From NCBI GenBank assembly GCA_051362555.1, contig CM120640.1, positions 30,337,967 to 30,401,966 on the forward strand: a stretch of 64,000 nt of DNA. Reading direction: 5' to 3'. This document shows, piece after piece, positions 26,858-39,605 of this stretch; positions within the stretch are counted from its first letter, which is position 1; the number at the start of each line of letters is the position of its first letter. This DNA is from Lingula anatina (lineage: Eukaryota; Animalia; Brachiopoda). Position numbers and translations under genes: made by a program. A model generated the notes under the pieces. The model was not told the origin of the DNA. It ran no database searches and worked only from the letters and a program-made list of their open reading frames with translations.

Positions 26858-28393
26858 AATAGTAAAGATTACAAACAAATAGAGTGACAAAGCTGAAATA
26901 CACAGTGCTCACAATTAATACAAACACCAACACTGACAACACAAACATGCACAGTAATCAAATTAAATACAAACAAACATAGTCAAAATACAGACATACA
27001 CAGTGATCAGAAAAATTTTTGACATGTACACTGACAACAGTAACATACATCGTAAAATGAAAGAGGACAAGGAAAAAGATTGAAAACATAGCAGTACACA
27101 GTCATCACAATATATATACAAACACATTCAGTAACAATACAGAATAGACACAGCAAACATAAGATAAACAAACACACAGGCATACAGTAACAACACCATC
27201 ATGCATAGTAATAGTAATGATTACAAACCAAGTGACAAACTAACATACACAGTGATCAAAATAAATATTAAGATGTACAGTGATAATAGTAGCGTACACC
27301 GCAATGAAAATGAACAAAAGGAAAAAGAGTGAAAACATAGCCGTAAAAAGTCATCACAATATATATGAACACATTCAGTAACAATACAGAATAGACACAG
27401 GAGACAGAATATAAACAGACACATAAAGATACATAAGATAAACAAACACACAGGGATACAGTGACAACACAATCATGCAAGAGTTATAGTAAATATTACA
27501 AACAAATAGAGTGACAAAACTGACATACATAGTGCTCATAATAAATACAAACACAAACAGTGACAACACAAACATGCACAGTAATCAAAATAAATACAAA
27601 CAAACACAGTCACTAAACAGACATAAACAGTGATCAAAATAAATATTAACATGTACAGTGACAATAGTAATGTGCACAATAATCAAAATGAATACAAACA
27701 AACGCAGTCACAATATAGACATACACAGTGATCAGAATAAATTTTGACATGTACAGTGAAAACACAACCATGCACAGTAACAAGAATAAACACAGTCATG
27801 CACAGTGAACACAATATATATACAAACACATTCAATGACAATGCAGAATGGAATCAGTTATCAGATTATAAACAGACACATAAACTATGATGACAGTGAC
27901 AACACCAACATGCACAGTTAAAATAATGACTAGAAATAAATAAACTGATAAAACTGACATACACAGTGCTCTCAATAAATACAAACACCAACAGTAACAA
28001 CACCAACAAACACAGTAATAAAAAAATACAAACAAACACAGTCAGAAAAAAGACATACACAGTGATTAGAAAGGAAACATCACATGTACAATGACAACAG
28101 TAACGTGCACCATAATGAGAATGAACACAAGGAAAAAGAGTAAAAAACATAGCCATACACAGTCATCACAATATGTACAAACTCATTCAGTAACAATACA
28201 GAATAGACACAGCAGACAGAATATAAACAGGCACATAGACATATAGTGAACAACATCATCATGCAGGGTAATAGCAATGATTATTTAAAAATAAAGTGAC
28301 AAAACTAACATACACAGCGCTTATAATAAAATACAAACATGAATAGTGACAACACAAACATGCACAGTAATCAAATTAAATACAAACAAACAC

Positions 28394-29047
28394 ATTATTT
28401 TGCATGATGATGTTGTCACTGTTTGTGTATGTGTCTGTTTATATTCTGTTTCCGGTGTCTATTTTGTCATGTTATTGAATGTGTTTGTACATTTTGAGAT
28501 GACTGTGTACGACTTTCACTCTTTTTTGTTGTGTTCATTCTCATTAAGGTAAACGTTATTGTCAATTTTGTCACTCTATTTGTTTGAAATCTTTACTATT
28601 ACTCTGCATGATTGTGTTGTCTCTGTATCCCTGTGTGTTTGTTTATCCTATGTATCTGTATGTGTCTGTTTATATTCTGTCTGCTGTGTCTATTCTGTAT
28701 TGTTACTGAATGTGTTTGTACATATTGTGATGACTTTTTACGGCTTTGTTTTCACTCTTTTTCCTTGTGTTCATTCTCACTTTGGTGCATGCTACTATTA
28801 GCACTGTACATGTTAATATTTATTTTGATCACTGTGTATGTCAGTTTGTCACTCTATTTGTTTATAATCATTACTATTACTGTGCATGATGGTGTTGTCA
28901 CTGTGTGCCTGTGTGTTTGTTTATCTTATGTTTGCTGTGTCTATTCTGTATTGTTACTGAATGTGTTTGTATATATATATATTGTGATGACTGTGTACAA
29001 CTTCATTTTCACTCTTTTTCCTTGTGTTCATTCTCATTATGGTGAAT
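28394..29047 (-). repeat. Same satellite in inverted orientation, continuing at 36816-37710 after the MULE-like insertion
   Basis: G/T-rich reverse-complement monomers; register is continuous across the insertion (..CATTATGGTGAA | GGTGAACGTTAC..). Confidence 0.92.
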
Positions 29048-29342
29048 GGTTAGTGTATTATAAGATGGGCTAGGGGATTTTGCCAATAGAGGGCTTTGTG
29101 TGAGAAATAGGTATTTTTCATACCACTTGGTGCACTGTATTCCCACTCACAAAATGATGACGTAGACATTAACCTGAAAATAGCGGGTAAACTTAACAGC
29201 AATGAAGGTCGCTATTTAAATTAATGTATATGTGTTTTCGTGTGTGAGTGTGTGTATGTGTGATAAATCTATTGATCACTTTTATTTTTGAAGTTGCAAG
29301 ACTGGTGTTAGTTAATTTCCACTTGGACAAAGAATTAGCTTG

Positions 29343-29478
29343 ATAATAATAATAATAATAATAATAATTATAATAATAATAATAATGATAATAATAATAA
29401 TAAACTTTATTTATAGAGGGTAAAACATATTATGTGTGTACATTTATCTTACACACACACACACACATACTAGGGGGA

Positions 29479-29547
<69 letters not shown>
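29343..29547. repeat. (TAA)n, (CA)n and (TA)n microsatellites
   Basis: Direct observation. Confidence 0.95.
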
Positions 29548-29550
<3 letters not shown>

Positions 29551-29871
29551 TCTTGCCCAAAATGGTTGGTACACGGAAATTTTGGGAGGCATATTGCCCT
29601 GTTTCTTTCATTATTATTGTTATTATCAAATTAATACTGTTTATAGTGTTAAATATGTGAAGCTGGAGGATTGGTAAAGTCAAGGAGAAACAAACAATGC
29701 AAATGTGAAAAAAGCGTAAATTTATTTAGGGTATTTTTTCTCATGCCCCCAAAAAGAGTACTTTTTTTGCATAACAGTACCAAGTGAAAAATTAAACATA
29801 AATGTATACTGTGATTGACAATTAATATGAAATTAGGGGAAATTGTCAAGAAACATCTTCAGAGTTCATTA

Positions 29872-30351
29872 TTAATCTAAATAGCGGGCATGCCCACCCC
29901 GAGCTGGGATTATGGCCGCCAGACGGCGTGGCATACTGTGAACTAGAGTTACAGCTCTTTGAAGAGGAATTCTGGTCCATTCATCTTGCAGGGCATCTCG
30001 CAGTTCATCTAGATTTGCAGGGGGCACGTTTCTCCTCTGAATGGCACGACCAAGTTCGTCCCAAATGTGCTCAATTGGGTTTGCACCTGGGCTTCTTGCT
30101 GGCTGTGGCATCGGCTGAATGTTGTTTTTTCGAATATAGTCAGCAATTGAGCGGTCTGTTTGGGGAGTTGGATTGTCATGTTGCAATCTAAACTTGTCTC
30201 TGTATATTCCTCTTGCGAACGGCTCCAGGTACTGCTTGAGAATGTCTCTGTATCTGGCAGCGTTAAGGTTTTCATCCAGAGGAAGCAATGGGCAAATACC
30301 GTTTCTGCAAATGGCACCCCAAACGTATACAGAACCATCTCCTCCAGCTAT
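29872..30351 (-). pseudogene. Mirror Tc1 transposase C-terminal fragment
   Basis: GGDGSVYVWG..LQHDNP..SPGANPIEHIWDELGR..SMPRRLAA; frame is open. Confidence 0.85.
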
Positions 30352-30886
30352 GAGAGTACGTAGGCTCCCTGGGGAGAGGCTGTTAAATGAAAATATCCAG
30401 GAAACAATAGCTGGAGGAGGTGGTTCTGTACATGTATGGGGTGCCATTCGCAGCGACGGTATATGCCCATTGCTTCCCCTGGATGAAAACCTTAACGCTG
30501 CCAGATACAGAGACATTCTCCAGCAGAACCTGGAGCCGTTCGCAAGACGGATATACAGAGACAAGTTAAGATTGCAACACGACAATCCAACTCCTCAAAC
30601 AGTCCGCTCAATTGCAGACTTTATCCTACAAAACAACATTCAGCTGATGCCACAGCCAGCAAGAAGCCCAGATGCAAACTCAATTGAGTACATGTGGGAC
30701 GAACTTGGTCGTGCTATTCAGAGGAGAAACCTTCCCCCTGCAAATCTAGATGAACTGCGAGTTGCCCTTCAAGATGAATGGACCAGAATTCCTCTCCAAA
30801 GAGCTGTAACTCTAGTTCACAGTATGCCATGCTGTCTGGCGGCCAGTATCCAAGCTCGGGGTGGGCATGCCCGCTATTTAGATTAA
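30350..30886 (+). CDS. N-truncated Tc1 transposase catalytic fragment (178 aa from ATG at the hairpin junction)
   Basis: MRVRRLPGER..GGGSVHVWG..LQHDNP-(34)-SPDANSIEYMW..SMP; lacks the HTH and the first Asp. Confidence 0.6.
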   Translation: MRVRRLPGERLLNENIQETIAGGGGSVHVWGAIRSDGICPLLPLDENLNAARYRDILQQNLEPFARRIYRDKLRLQHDNPTPQTVRSIADFILQNNIQLMPQPARSPDANSIEYMWDELGRAIQRRNLPPANLDELRVALQDEWTRIPLQRAVTLVHSMPCCLAASIQARGGHARYLD

Positions 30887-31477
30887 TAATGAACTCTGAA
30901 GATGGTTCTTGACAATCCCCCCTAATTTCATATTAATTGTCAATCACAGTATAAATTTATGTTTAATTTTTCACTTGGTACTGTTATGCAAAAAAAGTAC
31001 TCTTTTTGGGGGCATGAGAAAAAATACCCTTAATAAATTTACGCTTTTTTCACATTTGCATTGTTTGTTTCTCCTTGACTTTACCAATCCTCCAGCTTCA
31101 CATATTTAACAATATAAACAGTATTAATTTGATAATATCAATAATAATGAAAGAAACAGGGCGATACGCCTCCCAAAATTTCCGTGTACCAACCATTTTG
31201 GGCAAGAGTGTATATATATATATAGTATCCAAGTCTTTGGAGTTTTTAATTTCAGAGTTAAAGCAATCCCATATTTCAACCAAAGCCCATATTGGACCTT
31301 AATTGTGTCTTTATGTCTGCCAGAGATTTCCCTTATTACGTAATCAGATGATTCTGTCTGTAGTGTCCATGGTCGTAGTACTGGTACATGTACCCAGTAA
31401 GTCCCTGATGTATTTTGGTGAATGTCCATTTAATGATTTAAAAACTAGTTTTGCTTTTTAAAATTCTATCTGTTCAT

Positions 31478-31840
31478 CAGTCCAAGAGAGCGGAAAACGA
31501 ATGTATGGTTACGTGAACAGACCAAAGTTAAGGACGTACTGCTCACAGTTAAAGAAATGAAATGGAGGTGGGCAGGACATGTCAAAAGAATGAAGGACAA
31601 TAGGTGGCCATGGACAATCAGGCTTACAGAATGAACCCCAAGGTATGGACAAAGAAAAAGAGGAAGGCCGGTCAAATGATGGAGGGATGAATTAGATGAC
31701 TACTGGAAGTCTTGGAAGAAGAAACCTTGGCCAAACTGGAAATCTGAGGCTCAGGATAGGAAACAATGGAAAAAGCATGCTGAGGCCTTTGTCCAACAGT
31801 GGAACACTATAGGCTCTAAATGATGATGATGATGATGATG
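31478..31840 (+). mobile_element. 5'-truncated RTE-clade LINE with (TGA)n tail and 10-bp TSD
   Basis: KWRWAGHVKRMKDNRW..GQRKRGRP..WRDEL..AQDRKQW; ATCTGTTCAT at 31468-31477 and 31841-31850; empty site in the paralog at ~1658. Confidence 0.92.
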
Positions 31841-34316
31841 ATCTGTTCATAAATTGTTTGCCAGTTCAGTTTCTTCTTCATAGTCTACAAGTGTAGCCAT
31901 CTAGTTGTTTTTCATGGTCAATGCCATGGTGACAAACCGATATTCAATGTTGGTCGATTTTATCTGTGGATTTTGTAATAATCATATTACTGCAGGCCAT
32001 AATTTTTTATTCTAATCTTTAATTATTTTTTCTGAGTTGATTGCTGTACATTTGAGTTAGGAGAACGGTTTAATGTTAACATATTATGGAATGGTGCAAT
32101 TTGTAAGATAAGTGTTATTTTAAAATGAATACCATAATCATTCATATTTTTATATTATAAATGTAACAAATGCTTTCTCCACTTTGAAATTATACAAGCT
32201 TTAAGTTATCATTGAAGATGCTGTTCCTCCACAAAGCACCAACATGTGCAATATAATGAAATGACAACATTAAATGTCACATGGAAAATCACCAATGACA
32301 TTTGGTGATAGAAGTATTAATAACATCAACTAATCTGTAATGTATTGAACATGTATTGAATTATTTTTGTTATCATTATTATTTTTATTCAGGCAGTGGA
32401 GCACCTGTTGGAATATGGATTGGACAAAACACCAAAGATCTCCCACAATACTTTTTAGTGCTTAGGCTATATTTATTTTGATTTTAAGAAATGTTGGTAT
32501 GAATATGGAATTTAATTTTGTTAAAATAATAATAATGAGAATTAAGATATTTTGATTTACAAGTAAGAGTTGGATGTTACATTTAAAATACCAAAAATGT
32601 AATTCTAAGAAAGACGTAATGTGCATTCTTATTTATTTTCAAGACATGCATTAATATTTATATTTATGGATTTAGTTGGCAAATTCATTCAATTGCTTAA
32701 AAGTTTACTATGCCCAGAGAAAGCCTTTAAGGATCTCACAGTTTTTGACACTTAAAATTCCTGGACTCTTGACGCTTCCAAAATAAATGGGGTCATGTTT
32801 TCCCACCTGTCTGTCTGGAAATGTCACTGTGTTATACCTTTGGTTTGATGATTAATGCTAATAACTAATAGTATCTTTTTCTTGACTTTCAGTTGTTGCA
32901 GACATAAGGCACTTCAAAATAATACCTATTGGGCATAAGGGCAGGTTAACTTTGTCATAATGCAACACTTGTGACGGTTTTTTTAATTGTACAAGTGCAA
33001 AAGGGAATTTTAACTGACATTAACTGTATTGTCTTTAATTAATGCAGAAATGATAATGGATCCAGTATAATTCTGTAAGAGGCTACTACTATCAAATCCT
33101 GGAAGTGGTGTTACTATTATATACTGCCATACACTTATATCAAATATTATATATGAAGAATATTGGTTCAAACTTTTGCATTAACTGTGGGGGTTCCATT
33201 ACCCTTTGTATAAAGTGCAAATGGGATGTTGCTGGTATATCTTTGAAAATGGTGTCTGGGTGATGGACTTGTTAAAAAGTCATGTGCACTAGCATCTGAA
33301 TTAAGGGTATAATACTGTACTGTATTTATGTCTTCATTTTTATATAATTGTGGGAAAAATTATTTTAAGATCTGAACAAAACTGTGCAAGTGAAGTAAAA
33401 GAGCCACTTAAGTTAAGCCAGAACCCTCTTAGTTAATTTTATGAGAAAAATTAATAAACTGGAATACAGTTAAATTCTTAATTAAAAAAAATTAATTTTG
33501 GGTGGTTTGCAACATTTTTTCCAGTTCCAAATCAAAGGTCTCTTTATTACCTGCAGTACACACACCTAAGAGCCTGTTTGACCTTAAAATAAAGGGCAAA
33601 AGTCAAATCCAAGGGTATATTTGGAATCTCCACATGACTTTTGGTCAGACTTCTATAGTAAATTTTCCCATAATTCCTTCGGTTTAAGAGATATTTAGCA
33701 TTGAATTTTCAAAAATTATGACAAGAGGCGCATTCAAATGAGTGTCACTAAAACCATGAGTATTGCCAGCATACATGCTGGTGGTACTAATAATTTAGAG
33801 TGTTTCCCCCATCTCTTAAGAGATTATCAGAGGTTAATCATCTGTGAAGATTGAAGGTCACATATGGTTTAGTAGCAAGCACAGATCCAAAGAATAATTG
33901 CAAGAACCACCATTATGGTGGTAAAATAGAATTTGTTATATTTGTCCGAGTTGTTTACAATGTATTCAATGTAAAATATAAATCTAATATGTATAAATAT
34001 ATATATGTATGTGTAATATATCCCATGACGGAGATTTATTTAAACTTTCTTTATAAACTGTATCTTTTTCTTCCTATTTTTCAAACTACTTTTTCTGTGG
34101 GTGACATAGTTATGCTAAAAGTATTATAAGACTTATGTGAATAAATGTATTTTTGTTTTTTTGTTTTTTTTTTTGGGGGGGGGGAATACACTTATTTAGT
34201 TTTTGGTATTATTTGGTAACCAACGACATTGCATTGGTAAAATAGAATTTATTATATTTTTCTGAGTTGTTTACAATGTATTCAATGTAAAATATAAATC
34301 TAAAATATAAATGTAG

Positions 34317-34347
<31 letters not shown>

Positions 34348-34798
34348 AAAAAAAAACAGCAGCTATTTTGCCATTTTATAAATTCACTAGGGAAACAACC
34401 CAAACAGAAAGGGAAATTAAAGAAAATCTATTCATTAATAAGTATAAACCTACATTAAATAGATAATAACATTGGTAAAAGCAACAATTAAACACCCATT
34501 GTTACAGACCTCACATTTTAGCCTTTATGACATCACCTAGTAACAAATAAACAAAAACCCCTGAAGAAAGAATGAAATGGGTCGGGCAAAATAGCTGCTG
34601 TTTTATTTTCTTTTTATTATATAAAATATACTCGTACAGGAAGAACACTTTTAGTTTTAATGTGTATGTGTGTGTGTGTGTGTGTGTATGTGTGTGTGTA
34701 ATATATACCATGACGGAGATTTATTTGAACTTCCTTTATAAACTGTATCTTTTTCTTTTTTTCTTTTTTTTCAAACTACTTTTTCTGTGGGTGACATA

Positions 34799-35012
34799 GA
34801 CCCCATTCCCAGAGATTAGATCGATCCAAACTAGATCGACCTAACTCCCTGGGGATTCACTCTAAATAGCTGTCAGCTGAGTGGGCACGAAAGTTAATTA
34901 CCCCCTTACAGCTTGTAGTAGGCGGGACAGACATTTAAACCAGATTATCTGACAGTAATCTAGTGAGACTCCCCATGGGGATAGAGCGTTCTAAATGTCT
35001 GGGAATATGCCC
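34799..35012. mobile_element. PIF/Harbinger-like MITE, 3-bp TSD ATA
   Basis: GACCCCATTCCCAGA..TCTGGGAATATGCCC; empty site at ~34105. Confidence 0.8.
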
Positions 35013-35036
35013 ATAGTTATGCTAAAAGTATTATAA

Positions 35037-35260
35037 GGCTCCGTTCACATGAAAAGTCTATTTTCTAAAAATCTATTTTCTATTTGCGGTATCTTGTGAT
35101 CACTCCGAGTGCAGCTGAGAATTAATTACAGCTTTGGAAGTAAGTGGCTCATGCTGCCAGTAATTACGCCGTGGGGTATTCAGGGCACAGACCATGATCA
35201 CAAGATACCACAAATAGAAAATAGATTTTTAGAAAATAGATTTTAAATGTGAACGATCCC
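35037..35260. mobile_element. PIF/Harbinger MITE, TAA TSD, ~65-bp TIRs
   Basis: GGCTCCGTTCACAT..CTATTTTCTAAAAATCTATTTTC and its inverse; TAA on both sides; empty site at ~34127. Confidence 0.88.
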
Positions 35261-36815
35261 TAAGACTTATGTGAATAAATATATTTTTGGTTTTTTGGGG
35301 ACTACACTTTTTTAGTTTTTGCTATTATTTGGTAACCACCAACATTGCTTAATAGTGGGCATGCATGTGCAAAACTCCCAACCCAATGTTTCACAGGTTT
35401 AAGCTCGGTGGATTATATATGTGCGGCTCAGTAAAACAGCACCCAGTGAACAAATTATTCACTTCTACAAACTAAGTTACAGGATTCCTAACAGGAAAAA
35501 ACACCAAAACAAAATTGATTAACAAAAAGGAGTGTGTAAACAAAAGAAAAATATCCATCTACAACAAATGTCTTTCATATCGAATCCCTGATTTTGATTA
35601 AGCATTTATTTTATACGTCCTAAGAGATTGCTAGGTACCTAGTACAAAAATGAGACAGAACTACATGTACATTTTAAAAGTAGTAAATAAAGCATCTGAA
35701 CATACCACTATATTTTTGCTTTGAACATTTGTCTTGGTAAGAATGGGTCAATTAAATTGTTAAAATCTACTTCGTTGGTGGGCAATAAATTAGCAGAATA
35801 ACAGTTATATCTTTTTTGCTTCCTGAGCTAGCATCAAATATACAAATCGGTACCAAGAAACAATTAACAGGTTTACCATTATAAACTATTTATGGGACAA
35901 ATCAACCCACACTGTTCCCACTTTTCTCGACATAATGTTATTTTTTACAGACATCAAAGGGGGATCAGGACCCAACACACACCTGGCCCTAAATCCACCA
36001 CTGCATGTTATTCATTTGAAATCGATTAATAAAGTGTAATTAATCCATTTAATTTCATGTATCTTCAGATTTTGTAAGTTCATAGATGTAACTGACAATT
36101 TCAACTACAAAAGAGTAAATTAACGGGGGAGAGGGGGAGGGGGTACTCATACTAATTCCCCTCACAACATCGTTAATTCCCAACTTGTAGCCTATACACT
36201 TGGTTAATGTAACAAGTAGGCCTATATTATGATTGTGCGGATTGTTTTGCCCATTTATAAATAATACAATATACATTTTATAATATATATAATGATGTGG
36301 ATTGTTTTGCCCATTAATATTATATGTGGAAACTAATATATTAAAATTAATTATGTGCATATACACGTATGTAGGCATTGTGCCAGCTCAGTATGATGAG
36401 CCCTCCCCCCTTTCTCAGTTGCCAAAGTCAATACCCCAAAACATGTTATCTTTATCAAACATTCATTTTAAAATAATCATGTGAAAATGCTTATAAATAA
36501 ATAATAATGTTAATTTATAAATCTTCTCCTTCTAACTCTGTTTTAACTCATTTCAGTTATTCGGTTCTCATATTACATGTGGGATTCTTTAAAACAACAC
36601 ACACACACACAAGATAACACCTAAACAAATTAAATTCATTGCTATTAACTGTAAGTTTACCCCTACTTGTTGAGCCTAAAAGGGTCATACGTCTACATCA
36701 TCATATTGTGAGTGGGAATACAGCGCACCGTGTGGTATGAAAAATAACTACAGTAGTTCTCACACAAACCCCTCTATTGGCAAAATCCCCTAGCCCATCT
36801 TATAATACCCTTACC

Positions 36816-37710
36816 TCGGTGAACGTTACTCCTGTCACTGTACATGTCAAAATTTATTCTGATCACTGTGTATGTCTGTATTTTGACTGTGTTTGTTTTT
36901 ATTTATTTTGATTACTGTGCATGTTTGTGTTGTCACTGTTTGTGTTTGTATTTATTATGAACACTATGTATGTCAGTTTTTTTACTCTATTTGTTTGTAA
37001 TATTTACTATAACTCTTGCATGATTGTGTTGTCACTGTATCCCTGTGTGTTTATCTTATGTATCTCTATGTGTCTGTTTATATTCTGTTTGCTGTGTCTA
37101 TTCTGTATTGTTACTGAATGTGTTTTTACATATTGTGATGACTGTGTATGGCTATGTTTTCTCTCTAAATTTTTTCTTGTGTTCATTGTCATTAGGATGC
37201 ACTTTACTACTGTCACCTTATGTGATAATATTTATTTCGAGCACTGTGTATGTTTGTGTTATTACTGTTTTTGTCTGCATATAATTCTGATCACTGTTTA
37301 AGTCTGTTTGTCTTTCTATTTGTTTATAATTATTATTATTACTGTGCATGTTTGTTTTGTTGGTATTTGCATTTGTATTTTTTGTCATCATTGCATATGC
37401 TTGTGTTGTTACTGTTGGTGTTTGTATTTATTATGAGCACTGTGTATGTTAGTTTTGTCACTCTGTTTGTTTATAATCATTACTACTTCTCTGCATGATA
37501 ATGTTGTTCACTATATGTCTATGTGTCTGTTTATATTCTGTTTGCTGTGTCGATTTTGTATTGTTACTTGAATGTGTTTGTACATATTGTGATGACTGTG
37601 AACAGCTATGTTTTTTACTCTTTTTACTTGTGTTCATTATCATTACGGTGCACGTTACTGTTGTCACTGTACATTTCAAAATTTATTCTGATCACTGTGT
37701 ATGTCACAGT
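36816..37710 (-). repeat. Satellite, inverted orientation
   Basis: Same monomers on the minus strand. Confidence 0.92.
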
Positions 37711-37949
37711 TTTTTCTATATTGCAGACTGATAAATGAAAAAAAGGATTAAAATCATGTTTTAATAACTTCTGATAATCTATTCCATGTCATTGTGACAT
37801 CAGTTCATTAATTGAATTCGCCCGTGAAGCAATTAAAAATACATTGCCTATTTTAAGTCATACAACAACCATTGAAAACGATATTTTGGATCTCCATATT
37901 TCCCAAATTATCGTCTTTAAAAGAGTTTCATGCCCCACAAAGGTCCCTA

Positions 37950-39000
37950 ATGTCAGTGTGTAGTCACAGCAACAGTCGCTGTTATGCCTGACCTCATCTC
38001 CCTGCTACCAGAGCTTTCAAGCGGCAAGGCATACTTTAGGATAGGTTTTTGAAATTCAATCTGGAATAAAATTCCAGGCAATGGTTTAAAATTGTCCAAT
38101 TTGGTTCCGTTTTGTTTTAGGACATGCAGGCCATTGATTCGGTGACTAATGACCTACCGCCATATTGTCTATGTGGTTCAAATATGGCGATTTTGATGAC
38201 CAAGCTAGCTGTTCATTCCCTTGGTTCTGTAAGTTATCTGCTATTGAAAGTGCTCTGTGTGAACCCGCAATCTGATCGTGCAACCTAAATCTGTTCCCAA
38301 GGTGCCCCCTATCAAATGATAATCAAGTGGTTCCCAGATTATTCCTTTATGTGATCTGGTTCAGGTTTTCATCGATGACTTCCATTGGTGTTTTGGCACC
38401 AATGTGGTATCCACTCCAAATATTGACACTGCCAATGACCCAAGTCACTTCAGAAGTGGCACACGCCTTGTCGTAGGCCTCTTCATGATTTCTGTAAACT
38501 CTGTTTTGACCAATTTAGCGGTACAGGTGAAATCTGACCTCAATAAAGAAAACCACGCGGTTTCAATGTTCTACCCAGAAAATGTCATGGTCCCCAAATC
38601 ATTAGAGAAACAGACTACACTGTTTTGCTGTTTACAGTGACTTCCCCAGAGGTGGCCTGGTATTCTTACCTGCTAAAACCAGTTTGGTGTTCGCTAAGAG
38701 CCTTGAAAAACGCGTTTTGGTGACAATTTGCCCCTCATTCAAAACGGACTGGGTGGATTGGGTTTAATTGCAGCAGCAAATCCTGAAGAACATTGAGTCC
38801 TATACCCTGGTGGTAAGATAACGATACATTGGGCGAGGTCTCTGTGTGGGTATATAAGTCTGGGCATTACTCTAAGAAACTGTGCGGACCGTTCCATTTG
38901 GCGCAATAATCCGTCTAGCAATGTCTGTCTTTTATGCGCCATTCTGGCACAGCTTAACAATTTTGTAAAACACTGCTAATTTCACTTTACACAATGCAAA
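37950..39000 (-). pseudogene. Old, heavily decayed Tc1 transposase
   Basis: Manual translation across frameshifts: RVVFFIEVRFHLYR..NRVYR..GSVNIWSG..DENLNQ..FRLHDQIAGSHRA..LAWSSKSPYLNHIDNM..SMPCRLKAL. Confidence 0.75.
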
Positions 39001-39346
39001 ACCAACCGCTTGCATGCAAAATTTTAAATTCTTCTATACAGTAGTTGCTGACATATGGATACTTTTTTGACAGAACCATGCTTCGCCAAAGCCAAGCTTT
39101 GACCAGCCCAAAGGAGCACTACCCAATTAAATCACTGCATATTACATAATGCAGCAGTGCAACAGACTTGATAATCAGTTAATTGGTAGTGACACACCTG
39201 ACTTCACACTTCTCCAGTCAGATATCTTATATGAGATCTGAGTTTTTTGATAAAGAACGCATTTTACCTACGTAAAACTGAAATATTCCATATTAAATGT
39301 CAAGTCTGTATATGTAGGGTATATATGTATATGTATGGCTGTTCAG

Positions 39347-39348
<2 letters not shown>

Positions 39349-39385
<37 letters not shown>

Positions 39386-39531
39386 CAAGGATACGAATAA
39401 ATTAGTCTTTTCTCTCCATTTTAATAAAAAATACCCTATGGCCGTTTCAACCTGAGGCCTCGCCCTTAGGTAGATCAACCGCATAATAAATGGTAGAGCA
39501 CTTTTTCATAGTGTATTGTCTTTATTCTCCA

Positions 39532-39605
<74 letters not shown>

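Larger units (their letters stand above)
2378..28393 (+). repeat. Complex A/C-rich satellite array (~50-bp monomer, 350-bp 7-mer HOR, 1471-bp super-HOR), interrupted by many insertions
   Basis: Recurrent ACAGT/AGAGT cores at alternating ~21/~29 bp spacing. 15501-15850 splits into 7 monomers of 48-56 bp. ORF-track offsets 16999->18470 and 17300->18771 both equal 1471. Confidence 0.95.
29548..31210. mobile_element. Palindromic Tc1 (DD34E) derivative: two ~804-bp 3' halves head-to-head with a 55-bp spacer, in a TA run
   Basis: Ends CACTCTTGCCCAAAATGGTTGGTACAC / GTGTACCAACCATTTTGGGCAAGAGTG. ORFs are symmetric (29872+30886 = 29548+31210). Absent from the paralogous site at ~1950. Confidence 0.95.
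33915..35345 (+). repeat. Local tandem duplication (~33915-34232 vs ~34233-35345); the second copy carries insertions
   Basis: TGGTAAAATAGAATTT..GACGGAGATTTATTT..GTGACATAGTTATGCTAAAAGTATTATAAGACTTATGTG occurs twice. Confidence 0.85.
29048..36815. mobile_element. ~7.8-kb Mutator-like (MULE) non-autonomous DNA transposon with ~125-bp TIRs and degenerate 9-bp TSD
   Basis: Left TIR GGTTAGTGTATTATAAGATGGGCTAGGGGATTTTGCCAATAGAGGG vs right TIR (reverse complement) GGTAAGGGTATTATAAGATGGGCTAGGGGATTTTGCCAATAGAGGG. Flanks ATGGTGAAT (29039-29047) and TCGGTGAAC (36816-36824). No transposase seen, so the superfamily is inferred. Confidence 0.75.

Noticed and set aside
29434-29683. YIYIYI ORFs (also 39874-40245)
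   Set aside because: Translations of (TA)n microsatellites.
30173-30349. N-terminal 59 aa of the 237-aa ORF (and its mirror) as a novel domain
   Set aside because: It is simply the antisense reading of the opposite palindrome arm.
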